From NCBI RefSeq assembly GCF_000826205.1, contig NZ_CDHL01000025.1: a stretch of 24,000 nucleotides of DNA; one strand, written 5' to 3'. This stretch comes from Citrobacter pasteurii. Lineage in GTDB: Bacteria; Pseudomonadota; Gammaproteobacteria; Enterobacterales; Enterobacteriaceae. Position numbers and translations under genes: made by a program. A model generated the notes under the pieces. It did no database searches. It worked only from the letters and a program-made list of their open reading frames with translations, and was not told the origin of the DNA. Positions 6,576 through 14,730 of this stretch are shown here, piece by piece (position 1 is the stretch's first letter; every line of letters starts with the position of its first letter).

Positions 6576-8828
6576 ATGAGCCAGACAGCAGAACAACAAC
6601 CATGCGGAAAGCACCCCGATCGGGCCGTCAGCACAGCGGAAGAAGACTGCTATGGGTTCACGCACATTGCCACCGAGTTAGCCCGTGCCATTCAGGGGAT
6701 CGGCCGGGAGGGCAGTGCCGTGATCGGTATCGAAGGCGCCTGGGGAACGGGGAAAACCAGCCTCCTGAATCTGCTGCGTATTGCACTGGAGGCACAGAAA
6801 GAAGACCGGACGTATGTGCTGAGCATCTCCCCCTGGCTTGACGGCAGCGATACGCCACTGGTGGCGTCACTCCTGCTGCCGGTCGCCGGCATCATTGCCC
6901 GGGAAGAAGAAAGCCGGCTTTCGGCCGTAGAACGGGCGAACCTCAAAGAGAAAAACGCGCTGACCGGCACCGCCCGTACGCTCATGGACTATACCCGGGC
7001 CACGGCCCGGCGGCTGGCGCCGCTCGCGCAGCTGGCCGCCGTGGTTCCCGGTATCCCCGATGCCAGCGGTGGCCTGAAAGCCGTGGCCGATTCGGACTGG
7101 CTGAAAGAAAAAGAAAAAACCACGGCAGAAATGCGTGCCGGCATTGCAGAGAAAATCGCAGAACTGGATCTGAGCTTCATTATCCTGCTGGACGATCTCG
7201 ATCGTCTTGAGCCGGCCCAGGCCGTGGAGGTGATCCGCCTGGTGAAGTCGGTCGCGGATTTTCCCCGCTTCCGCTACCTGCTCTGCTATGACAAAGCGGT
7301 GCTGGCAGAGGCCATCAGCCAGGGGCTGGGCGTGGCCGACGGCAGCCTGTATCTGCAGAAAATCGTGCAGATTTCCTTCGGGCTGCCGCGACCGGAGGCC
7401 TTTGTGCTGCGCCGGCAATTTCTGGAGGAGGCCATCCGGTTATACACGTCGGTGAACGGGCGTATGCCAGGGACCAGTGTGCAGGCGGCCCTGACGAGCG
7501 TCGCCGACATTTATGGGGCCGCACTGAAAACCCCCAGGGAGGTCCGGATGGTCATTAATGCGCTGGCCTTCCGCTATGCGGGTCTGCGGGATTATGTCTA
7601 TTTCCCGGATCTGTGCTTCCTGCAGTTGCTCCGCACCACGAATGCCGGCCTGTATGACTGGGTGGAAGCCTACCTGTCTGAACGGGCGGTGGTGGCGTCG
7701 GGTGAAGGGCATATCAGTGAACAAGAGCAGGAAGTACTGACTGAGAAACTGCGGACTCACCTGTCGCCGTATTTTCCTGGCGAAGCACATACCGTCGATG
7801 CGCTGAGTCAGTGGGTTCCGGGGATCTCCACCGGGGTGACGGACCAGGCCATCCATCTGTTCAGAACTGACAGCGAACAGGAAAAAGCCATACTGACCGC
7901 CGGAAAACGGCTGGGCAGCCAGGCCTACTGGCGCTACTATTTCGCCTTCTCCGCCCCGCAGAACGTCCTGCAGCCGGCGATTTTTGACCACATCTTCGAA
8001 GTGGCCGGCCATCCCGGAAAGCAGCGGGAACTGGCTGAACTGTTGTTCGGGTATATCCAGCGCCAGAACCTGTCTTCACGGACCTGGTTTGAGCACATTC
8101 TGAGCCAGCTGACCGTGCCGCTCATCGCCTCACGGACTCCCGGTGAATGCCGCGGTTTGCTGCAGTTCTTCCTGGACTACGGTGATGAAATACTGAAACG
8201 CTATCAGACGGAGGATCCGCGGTTTGAGCTGCATGATCTCGACACCTACAGCGTCGCTGACCGGCTCATCTTCCGGCTGTTACGGGATAACACGAACGGT
8301 ACCCGGGTCTTCCTGACAGAGCAGGCCCGGGACGGCCGGGCCTGGTACTGGATGGCAGAATATGTGCGCCACCTGCTGTGGCAACACGGGATGGCCGGGG
8401 ACGTGTCAAAAGATGATCAGGAAGAGTGGATGGCTCCGGACACATTAGAGACGTTTCGGGACGCGCTGGGGGCCAGGCTGAACAGTGCCGCCATCACCGA
8501 TACGCTGCCGGCGTTCCCCCTGCTGAACAGGTATATCTGGGCATGGTGTGACATCAGCGGGCTGGACGCCGTCCGGGAATGGGTGACCGTTCAGAGTCAG
8601 GAGGATGAGACTTTTCTGCAGTTGCTTCTGCAGCTGCGGGATCATCGCACTCGTTCAGTACAGGGGCATTACCGCACCCTGAAACTGGCCAGCATGACCG
8701 ACATTCTGGGGGACGTGGCGCAGATTAAAGCCCGTATCAGGTGTATCAAAAAGACCGGGCAGTATGCAGAACAGGTTGCCCTGGTCGAGCGAGCCATTGC
8801 GGGAACCCGGGGATCGCTAAGGCCCTGA
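6576..8828 (+). CDS. KAP-family P-loop NTPase (750 aa)
   Basis: Walker A is IGIEGAWGTGKTSLLN and Walker B is FIILLDDLDRLEP. The KAP-typical blocks ISPW, VKSVADFPRFRYLLCYD and YLQKIVQISFGLP are present. A long helical C-terminal region follows. Confidence 0.9.
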   Translation: MSQTAEQQPCGKHPDRAVSTAEEDCYGFTHIATELARAIQGIGREGSAVIGIEGAWGTGKTSLLNLLRIALEAQKEDRTYVLSISPWLDGSDTPLVASLLLPVAGIIAREEESRLSAVERANLKEKNALTGTARTLMDYTRATARRLAPLAQLAAVVPGIPDASGGLKAVADSDWLKEKEKTTAEMRAGIAEKIAELDLSFIILLDDLDRLEPAQAVEVIRLVKSVADFPRFRYLLCYDKAVLAEAISQGLGVADGSLYLQKIVQISFGLPRPEAFVLRRQFLEEAIRLYTSVNGRMPGTSVQAALTSVADIYGAALKTPREVRMVINALAFRYAGLRDYVYFPDLCFLQLLRTTNAGLYDWVEAYLSERAVVASGEGHISEQEQEVLTEKLRTHLSPYFPGEAHTVDALSQWVPGISTGVTDQAIHLFRTDSEQEKAILTAGKRLGSQAYWRYYFAFSAPQNVLQPAIFDHIFEVAGHPGKQRELAELLFGYIQRQNLSSRTWFEHILSQLTVPLIASRTPGECRGLLQFFLDYGDEILKRYQTEDPRFELHDLDTYSVADRLIFRLLRDNTNGTRVFLTEQARDGRAWYWMAEYVRHLLWQHGMAGDVSKDDQEEWMAPDTLETFRDALGARLNSAAITDTLPAFPLLNRYIWAWCDISGLDAVREWVTVQSQEDETFLQLLLQLRDHRTRSVQGHYRTLKLASMTDILGDVAQIKARIRCIKKTGQYAEQVALVERAIAGTRGSLRP

Positions 8829-9057
8829 CAGGGCCTCAGGCATACTCAGTGGATCAGCGTTATCCGGATGCTGACCATCACAAAGATGCGCTCTGCCGAC
8901 GGGAGGCGAGCATTATCCCGTAAGGTGACCCGCGTGTGACAGGAGGAAGAACAGGCGCTGCGCAGGATACTGTCTGTCCTGTCCAGCGTCTGAACGCCAC
9001 CTCAGTTCTGCTTCCACACTTCCCTTTGACGTCGCACATGAAAAAATGCCGTACCGG

Positions 9058-9354
9058 TTATCTCCAGGGATCGTGCCCCGGTGTATCCTGAGTCTGACTG
9101 AGAATACGGATAATGGTGATCACCGATACGGATGGCACAAAATAGATCATATGCTGTGCCACCGGTAATGAGCAGATATCCTCGCCCAGCTCCGGACGCC
9201 GTGTTCCGATATCATGGGTGGCCAGCACATCAAACACAGCGGCAATCCGGTCGACATACTCATCTGCCTGACCAACGCCAAACTGTCTGAAGCTGTATTC
9301 CCAGATAGCAACAAGATCCTCTTCCGCCTTAGGGGTCAGCTCAATTTCTTTCAT
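9058..9354 (-). CDS. parE: ParE-family type II toxin (98 aa)
   Basis: MKEIELTPKAEEDLVAIWEYS...RPELGEDICSLPVAQHMIYF...ITIIRILSQTQD matches the ParE/RelE pattern. The start ATG overlaps the parD stop (ATGA). Confidence 0.85.
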   Translation of the reverse strand: MKEIELTPKAEEDLVAIWEYSFRQFGVGQADEYVDRIAAVFDVLATHDIGTRRPELGEDICSLPVAQHMIYFVPSVSVITIIRILSQTQDTPGHDPWR

Positions 9355-9602
9355 TCTGCCACCCTGGCTCTGACATGTTTCAAAAAGGCATCCTTGTTCC
9401 ACGGCTTTGGATCGCCGCTGCTGATCCCTTCGGCCAGCACATCGCGCAACCTTTGCAGGTGGGATTCCGCTTGCTTTTCACGCAGCAAACGCAGTGCATC
9501 ACGCATGACTTCACTCTGGGTACGGTAGTCACCAGCACTGACCAGGGAATCGATAAATTCACGCAGCTCATCACCTACGTCTACCGTCATCGTGCGGGCC
9601 AT
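9351..9602 (-). CDS. parD: ParD-family (RHH) type II antitoxin (83 aa)
   Basis: GGAGG RBS before the ATG at 9602, which is internal to ORF 9351..9791. MARTMTVDVGDELREFIDSLVSAGDYRTQSEVMRDALRLLRE matches the ParD/COG3609 pattern. Confidence 0.85.
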   Translation of the reverse strand: MARTMTVDVGDELREFIDSLVSAGDYRTQSEVMRDALRLLREKQAESHLQRLRDVLAEGISSGDPKPWNKDAFLKHVRARVAE

Positions 9603-9617
9603 ATTGCCTCCATAGAT

Positions 9618-9647
9618 TGATGTAAGATTTGTTCTTACATCAGTATA
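9618..9647 (-). promoter_or_regulatory. parDE operator palindrome abutting a -10 box
   Basis: Perfect 10-bp inverted repeat TGATGTAAGA-tttgt-TCTTACATCA (9618-9642). A minus-strand TATACT (9647-9642) is directly adjacent. Confidence 0.6.
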
Positions 9648-9889
9648 TTCCCTTTCTCCCCTGACTTCCATCACGCCGCTCAGATAGGAAACTTCAACCA
9701 TATAGTAGTAAGGATCCGACTTTACCTTTTTTCGGATCTCCGGTGAAAACCAGGCCATGTATGTAACTTCACTGCGATACTTTCGCATCAATTATTTAAT
9801 TTGACTCATTTAATATAGTTTGACTTCTATTAATCGGATGTGAGATAAGGATTGTCATAATAATCGGTTTGACAAAAGTGGACATTCTG

Positions 9890-10471
9890 ATGGGAAAAAT
9901 AGTCGATAAGTATCTGGAAGAAGCAAATCGTGTCATGACGCTGCGTAAAATACCAGCTGATGTCGATGCTGCCATTACCGAACAGGCCCGCCTGTCGGGG
10001 AAATCCAAAAACGATCTGGTGCTTGAGTTACTGACAGCCACATTCGGCGATCTGCTGGGGAATTTTGTGCGCACCAGTGAACTGGTTGCCCTGATGGACA
10101 AGGAGATTGCCCGACTGACAGAACGGGAGATCACGTTGCAGAGCTTTGAAAGCGATCTTGTCCCCATCTATAACCGGGAATACTGTCGTATCCTCGAACT
10201 TAATAATGAGGACGATCTCAAGCGTATTATGATGAACAATATTCCTTATCTCGAGCTTCGTGCACGGCAGCTTCGTTACGGCATGCTTCCGTTTCTGCCT
10301 AAAGGGATTTCGATGATAATGGCTCTGTTCTGCGAAGTTGCCGGACGGGACGGGCTGACTATCGCCCAGTTTTATACTTCTCTCTGGTTTGTTATCGAGC
10401 AGGAGGAGTATTACAGGGAGATCAATGAGATCAGAGATGCGAAATCCCTGCTGCCTGCTAAGGCTCTCTGA
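9890..10471 (+). CDS. RHH (Arc-like) DNA-binding domain fused to unknown ~130-aa C-terminal domain
   Basis: MTLRKIPADVDAAITEQARLSGKSKNDLVLELL is a typical RHH antitoxin/repressor N-terminus. The start is uncertain: the first ATG is at 9890, and an alternative ATG at 9935 sits directly at the RHH strand. Confidence 0.6.
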   Translation: MGKIVDKYLEEANRVMTLRKIPADVDAAITEQARLSGKSKNDLVLELLTATFGDLLGNFVRTSELVALMDKEIARLTEREITLQSFESDLVPIYNREYCRILELNNEDDLKRIMMNNIPYLELRARQLRYGMLPFLPKGISMIMALFCEVAGRDGLTIAQFYTSLWFVIEQEEYYREINEIRDAKSLLPAKAL

Positions 10472-10480
10472 AACGAGGAA

Positions 10481-10501
10481 AGCCCACCATAGGTGGGCTT
10501 T
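10481..10501. terminator. hairpin after the RHH-fusion gene
   Basis: AGCCCACC-ata-GGTGGGCT gives an 8-bp stem with only a short T tail. Confidence 0.45.
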
Positions 10502-10589
10502 CAATAACGCTTTGCCTGTGGTGCAACGCGACTAGAACCAGTTAAGGGGAAGTTAGCGCTGCAGGCGGATTCATCAAAAATGATACATC

Positions 10590-10621
10590 CCCACAGAACT
10601 CAGGTCAACCGGTTCTGTGGG
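10590..10621 (+). promoter_or_regulatory. inverted repeat in the Abi_2 leader
   Basis: CCCACAGAAC (10590-10599) and GTTCTGTGGG (10612-10621) form a perfect pair with a 12-nt spacer. A third CCACAGAA copy lies at 10651-10658, overlapping codons 2-4. Confidence 0.5.
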
Positions 10622-10647
10622 AAGTAATGAAATAGTAAGGTCTGACA

Positions 10648-11580
10648 ATGCCACAGAATACACCCGTAAATACCGTACTGCCTCTCATTTCCTCCCCGCG
10701 CCTGGGTAGCTACATTGTGACATTCAAACCTGTTGGTGATCACGAGCTGTACGGGACATACATCTGGAGTCAGCTGGCCAGCGGTTCCGTATACCCTCTT
10801 CTGCAGAATCTGGAAATTACGCTGCGTAATGCTGTCGATGCAGAGGGCAGAAGACGCTTTGGCGAAAAATGGTGGGATAATCCCAGTCTCTACTGTGGGA
10901 GACCTATCACCCAGACTGCTTTTTACGGAAAAATTCTCCGGGCCATCGATAACCTGAATGAAGCATGGAAGAAAAAGCAACGGAAAAGAAAAAAACCAAC
11001 TCATCCGTTGCCTCAGTGGAGCCATGATCAAATCATCGCTGCGACCGACTTCAGTGCATGGCATTTCATACTGAATAATGACTTTGCCGCGCCAAGCACT
11101 TCTCAAAACCAACATTACCTCTGGCCAGTTTCAACAGGCAGAGTTTTCAGAACATACAACAGCGTGTCAACAAACGAAAAGACAGCCCGTTCGAAAATGC
11201 GTGATCTGGTTGTGGAAATGCGTGAGTACAGGAACCGGCTTTCGCACAATGAACCTATCTGGGTTAAAGCGCCTAACGTCAGCGACGCAGCGACTGCAAT
11301 TGACACTATCCGGAATAAAATTCGAAAAATAGAGTCGTTAATTACCATCATCTCACCGGATAAACACCTGATAATGGAAAAAATGGGGCTGTTTAGTCAG
11401 GCGCTGCGGACCTGCTCCGTACAGGAACTGGCGATCCACAATTTTACCCATGCCAGTTGCTCACTGACGCGGCGTCAGAAACGTAATCTCCGGGGAGTGA
11501 TATCCGCAGCGGAAAAACAAAACCAGTCACAGGTGTTTGAGTACGCCAGCCGGATATTTTCACTCCATCGGGTCAGATAA
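10648..11580 (+). CDS. Abi_2 family (AbiD/AbiF-like HEPN) abortive-infection protein (310 aa)
   Basis: N-terminal SSPRLGSYI...YIWSQLASGSVYPLLQNLEITLRNAV and C-terminal YRNRLSHNEPIW (the R-N-x-x-x-H HEPN motif) match the Abi_2 pattern. TAAGG RBS. Confidence 0.8.
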   Translation: MPQNTPVNTVLPLISSPRLGSYIVTFKPVGDHELYGTYIWSQLASGSVYPLLQNLEITLRNAVDAEGRRRFGEKWWDNPSLYCGRPITQTAFYGKILRAIDNLNEAWKKKQRKRKKPTHPLPQWSHDQIIAATDFSAWHFILNNDFAAPSTSQNQHYLWPVSTGRVFRTYNSVSTNEKTARSKMRDLVVEMREYRNRLSHNEPIWVKAPNVSDAATAIDTIRNKIRKIESLITIISPDKHLIMEKMGLFSQALRTCSVQELAIHNFTHASCSLTRRQKRNLRGVISAAEKQNQSQVFEYASRIFSLHRVR

Positions 11581-11669
11581 TACAGTTCCGGTGTATACGG
11601 ATTGAGGCTGGCCGTGGTTCCACTTTTCCCGGCATGTGCCTTCCATTTCCGGCAAAAATGATAACAGTA

Positions 11670-12350
11670 TTAAATGGCTGACTCGGTCAGTTCAGACAAC
11701 CCCTGCATTATATGGCGCTTTCGTTCTTTGAGAAGAACCAGAGTTGCCGAGTGTGGCCCCTCTGAAAGAGGTGATTCCTGAAAACCACACTGCTTGCGAA
11801 TCCGTCTTGCCAGAGAAGATGCACGCAGGCCCAGCGGGGTAGTATAACGGGCCCGGATGCGAAGCAGTTCAGCACTGTCAGCACCGTAGGAAAGGTGTTC
11901 TGAGCTATTCGCTATATGGATACGGGCATCAAGAAGCATCCCTGGAAGCTCCATGATACGGTACATATCCCATGCCCGCAGCGCCCGCCAGTTCCCTTCC
12001 ACTCCGGCCAGACTGATTTCCGGGAACTCTGTTCCGGGAATAATCACAACCTGAGCCCTCGGATCATGGTTCTCTTTTTCTTTCCCTTTATCAATGGCCA
12101 CATCCGCACACTTGACAGCAAAAGATTCAAGAATAAATATCAGTTGCGAACCTATAAAACACAGCTCTGCTGCCTGCTCTCTGTCAGTTTTCTCCTGCTC
12201 AAGGTTCGCTTTATCTTTAATCGCCATTATTTCACGACGTCTGGCCAGTATATGTGTCAACAAAACTACTGAGAGTGCCCCGATATAGGGCCAACCCAGT
12301 GACAAAAACCCCCAGATATTCGTCGGCTCCTTAAGAAGTCCCGCCTCCAT
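11670..12350 (-). CDS. hypothetical membrane-anchored protein (226 aa)
   Basis: GAGGAAGG RBS. One N-terminal TM helix (WGFLSLGWPYIGALSVVLLTHIL) is followed by a charged coiled segment and a soluble domain. No motif recognised. Confidence 0.6.
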   Translation of the reverse strand: MEAGLLKEPTNIWGFLSLGWPYIGALSVVLLTHILARRREIMAIKDKANLEQEKTDREQAAELCFIGSQLIFILESFAVKCADVAIDKGKEKENHDPRAQVVIIPGTEFPEISLAGVEGNWRALRAWDMYRIMELPGMLLDARIHIANSSEHLSYGADSAELLRIRARYTTPLGLRASSLARRIRKQCGFQESPLSEGPHSATLVLLKERKRHIMQGLSELTESAI

Positions 12351-12478
12351 TGTCCTTCCTCAGTCAGAGAACCTGCTTCGTAAATAAAGACATATTTTTT
12401 GCCACATATCCTGTTCAGGTACAACAGATCAGTTTCTGCCTTTTTCCGGATCTGACCGCAAAAAGAGAGCGGGTGTCT

Positions 12479-12575
12479 GTACTGACCGTACTGTCTGTAT
12501 TAACTGTATCGTATGTACTGAATGTATCGTAATGTATTATGTGTATTGAGCCGTATTAACTGTATTGTGTATTTT
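12479..12575 (+). repeat. array of about 11 degenerate ~9-bp GTAYT repeats upstream of kfrA
   Basis: GTAC/GTAT starts at 12479, 12488, 12497, 12506, 12515, 12524, 12534, 12543, 12553, 12562 and 12569, spaced mostly 9-10 bp apart. The longer unit GTATTAACTGTAT occurs twice (12497 and 12553). Confidence 0.65.
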
Positions 12576-12622
12576 TCACACACAGGATACACTGAGTGCA
12601 TAACACCCCACGGAGAGAGTCC

Positions 12623-13246
12623 ATGAGCAAACTGCCTTCCCCTGACATGATCCGTCGCATCGAGGACGCCGCGGCGGCGCTCATCGCCGCCGGTACCGCG
12701 AACCCGACCAACGTCCAGGTCCGTGACCACCTCGGCGGCGGCTCGCTGGCCACCATTTCCCCAGTGATGCGCGCGTTCCGCGCCCGGCTGCGCGAACAGG
12801 CCAGTGAACAGACGCCGGAACTGCCGGCGGCGCTGGCGCAACTGCTGACCGGCCAGCTGGCCCTGCTGTGGCAGGCGGCGGTAAAACAGGCGGACGCCGG
12901 GGCGCTGGCCGCGCGCGAGCAGGCCGACGCCGACATTGAACAGGCCGACCTCGAGCGCGACGCCGCGCTGACCCGGGTGGCTGAACTGGAAAGCGAGCTG
13001 GCGGTGCTGCGGGAGGTTCAGGCCGAACGGGACCGTCTTCTGCAGCAGGAAACCGGGCTTCGGGAGCATACGATTTCGCTGCGTGAGGAGGTGGTGCGCC
13101 AGCAGACCCGGAACGAACATCTGAGTGCGCAGTTGCAGGAGAGCCGGGAGGAAGTGAAAACCCTGCGGGCCAGTGAAAAGGCGCTTCAGGCCGAACTGCT
13201 GGCCCTGGCGCGGGCAGAGCAGAAAGGCGGGGAGGGAACAAAATGA
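12623..13246 (+). CDS. kfrA: KfrA-like DNA-binding coiled-coil protein (207 aa)
   Basis: GGAGAGAG RBS. The N-terminus IRRIEDAAAALIAAGTANPTNVQVRDHLGGGSLATISPVMRAF follows the KfrA N-terminal pattern. A long Ala/Glu/Leu/Gln-rich coiled coil follows. Confidence 0.75.
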   Translation: MSKLPSPDMIRRIEDAAAALIAAGTANPTNVQVRDHLGGGSLATISPVMRAFRARLREQASEQTPELPAALAQLLTGQLALLWQAAVKQADAGALAAREQADADIEQADLERDAALTRVAELESELAVLREVQAERDRLLQQETGLREHTISLREEVVRQQTRNEHLSAQLQESREEVKTLRASEKALQAELLALARAEQKGGEGTK

Positions 13247-13288
13247 CACCGGAAATCAGATGCATTGCAACCGGAAGGAGGCAGAGCA

Positions 13289-13831
13289 ATGCCTTACTAC
13301 AATGGCCGCTGGCACCTCTATGACGAACGGGAACGGCGGGAATACGGAGAACGAAAACGGCAGGAGCGCAGCCAGCAATGGCAGGCGAACTGGATCAGCC
13401 GGCAGGGACTGAAAGCCCGACTCTGGACGGACAAGGCCATCGCGACATTCCTGCCCCCGCCGGAGCACGCGGGCCCCATCCGGGCCTGGCGGAGAAAGGA
13501 TGTGCTGACGGCAGAAGAAAAGCCGGACTTTCAGGCGTGGATAGCGACGCGCCGTGACTGGCTTGATGCGCGCTGCCGGCTGCCGGAGATCACCTACACC
13601 ACTTACGGCCTGCTGGCAATTGGCTGGAACCGGCGGGCCCCGGACAAACCGATCCGCTACCAGCGGCTGGTCTGGAATGAGGCGAAACAAGCGCTGACGG
13701 ACTACTCACGGCAGTGGCATAACTCGCCGTTTACCGGCGCGGATTTTGAAGAGGACGATCCGGATGACGTCGCCTGCGCGATCTTCGAATGGTATCTGCG
13801 CCAGTGCAGTACATCACCGGTACCGGAATAG
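13289..13831 (+). CDS. hypothetical protein (180 aa)
   Basis: GGAGG RBS before the ATG at 13289. GC-rich coding pattern. A degenerate paralogous fragment lies at 15806-16010. Confidence 0.65.
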   Translation: MPYYNGRWHLYDERERREYGERKRQERSQQWQANWISRQGLKARLWTDKAIATFLPPPEHAGPIRAWRRKDVLTAEEKPDFQAWIATRRDWLDARCRLPEITYTTYGLLAIGWNRRAPDKPIRYQRLVWNEAKQALTDYSRQWHNSPFTGADFEEDDPDDVACAIFEWYLRQCSTSPVPE

Positions 13832-13857
13832 TCAATGCCAGACTGCGGAGAGAAGAA

Positions 13858-14730
13858 ATGGATAAGGATGAGTTAGCCTCACGGCGCGCCGCCGCCATTG
13901 CGGAAGACGCGTGTTTTACCCGGGGACGCCTGCGCGATGAATTCCGGATGAAGCCAGCGACCGGGGTGGAGCCGGTCAGATGGTATAAAAGCAGTTATGG
14001 TGGCCAGTATGGCGTGTACCGTATCGCTGACTGCGTCCCGATGCGGGAGAAACGCCCGCCGACGGAGAAGCAACGGCGCGCCGGGCAGCGTCTGGCCGTG
14101 CTGTCCCGCCTGAACAGCCCCCGCGGCAGACTGGCACAGAAAGCCCGGACCTGGCTGAGCCTGGCGCCGTTGTTCCTGGACACGGAGACCACCGGCCTCG
14201 GCGACCACGCCGAAGCTCTGGAAATCGGCCTGACGGAGGCCGACGGTCGCGTGACTTTTGCAACCCGCCTCCGCCCGACGGTCGACATCGATCCGCAGGC
14301 CGGTGCCGTCCACGGGATCACGGCACCGGCACTCCGCGACGAACCGTCCTGGCCGGAGGTGGCCGCAACGCTTCAGCACATTATCGGTGCCCGTCCGCTG
14401 ATTATCTTTAATGCCCCTTTTGACCTGCGTATCCTGAAGCAGACCGCGGCGGCACATGGCGATCCGGCTCCGTGGCTGGACGGGCTCAAGGCCCACTGCG
14501 CGATGCAACTGGCCGCCGGCTATTACGGGGCCACCAACCGCTATGGCTCCATCTCGCTCGCCAGTGCCGCCCGTGAGGCTGGCCTCACCTGGCAGGATCG
14601 GGCGCATTCGGCCCTTGCCGATGCCCGGATGACCGCGGGCGTGGTGGCCGCCATCGCGGCGGACGACCTTCAGCTGAGACGGGAACTGGCCAGTTATGAA
14701 GAGTCCCCGCCGACAGAACAGCAGGATTGA
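13858..14730 (+). CDS. DEDDh 3'-5' exonuclease (DnaQ/epsilon-like) with ~100-aa N-terminal extension
   Basis: Exo I is FLDTETTGL, Exo II is IIFNAPFDLRIL and Exo III is HSALADARMT. ATG at 13858. Confidence 0.85.
   Translation: MDKDELASRRAAAIAEDACFTRGRLRDEFRMKPATGVEPVRWYKSSYGGQYGVYRIADCVPMREKRPPTEKQRRAGQRLAVLSRLNSPRGRLAQKARTWLSLAPLFLDTETTGLGDHAEALEIGLTEADGRVTFATRLRPTVDIDPQAGAVHGITAPALRDEPSWPEVAATLQHIIGARPLIIFNAPFDLRILKQTAAAHGDPAPWLDGLKAHCAMQLAAGYYGATNRYGSISLASAAREAGLTWQDRAHSALADARMTAGVVAAIAADDLQLRRELASYEESPPTEQQD

Noticed and set aside
5446-8012. Multiple long antisense or out-of-frame ORFs inside the RHH and KAP genes (e.g. 5446..5892 -, 5648..6154 +, 6867..7418 -, 7440..8012 -)
   Set aside because: These are typical shadow ORFs of GC-rich coding DNA. 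They are Arg/Pro/Gly/Ala-rich with no motifs, and they fully overlap genes that have clear family signatures.
10028-11115. Minus-strand ORFs 10028..10504 and 10600..11115
   Set aside because: They overlap the RHH-fusion and Abi_2 genes. They have no RBS or motif, and the plus-strand frames carry the diagnostic motifs.
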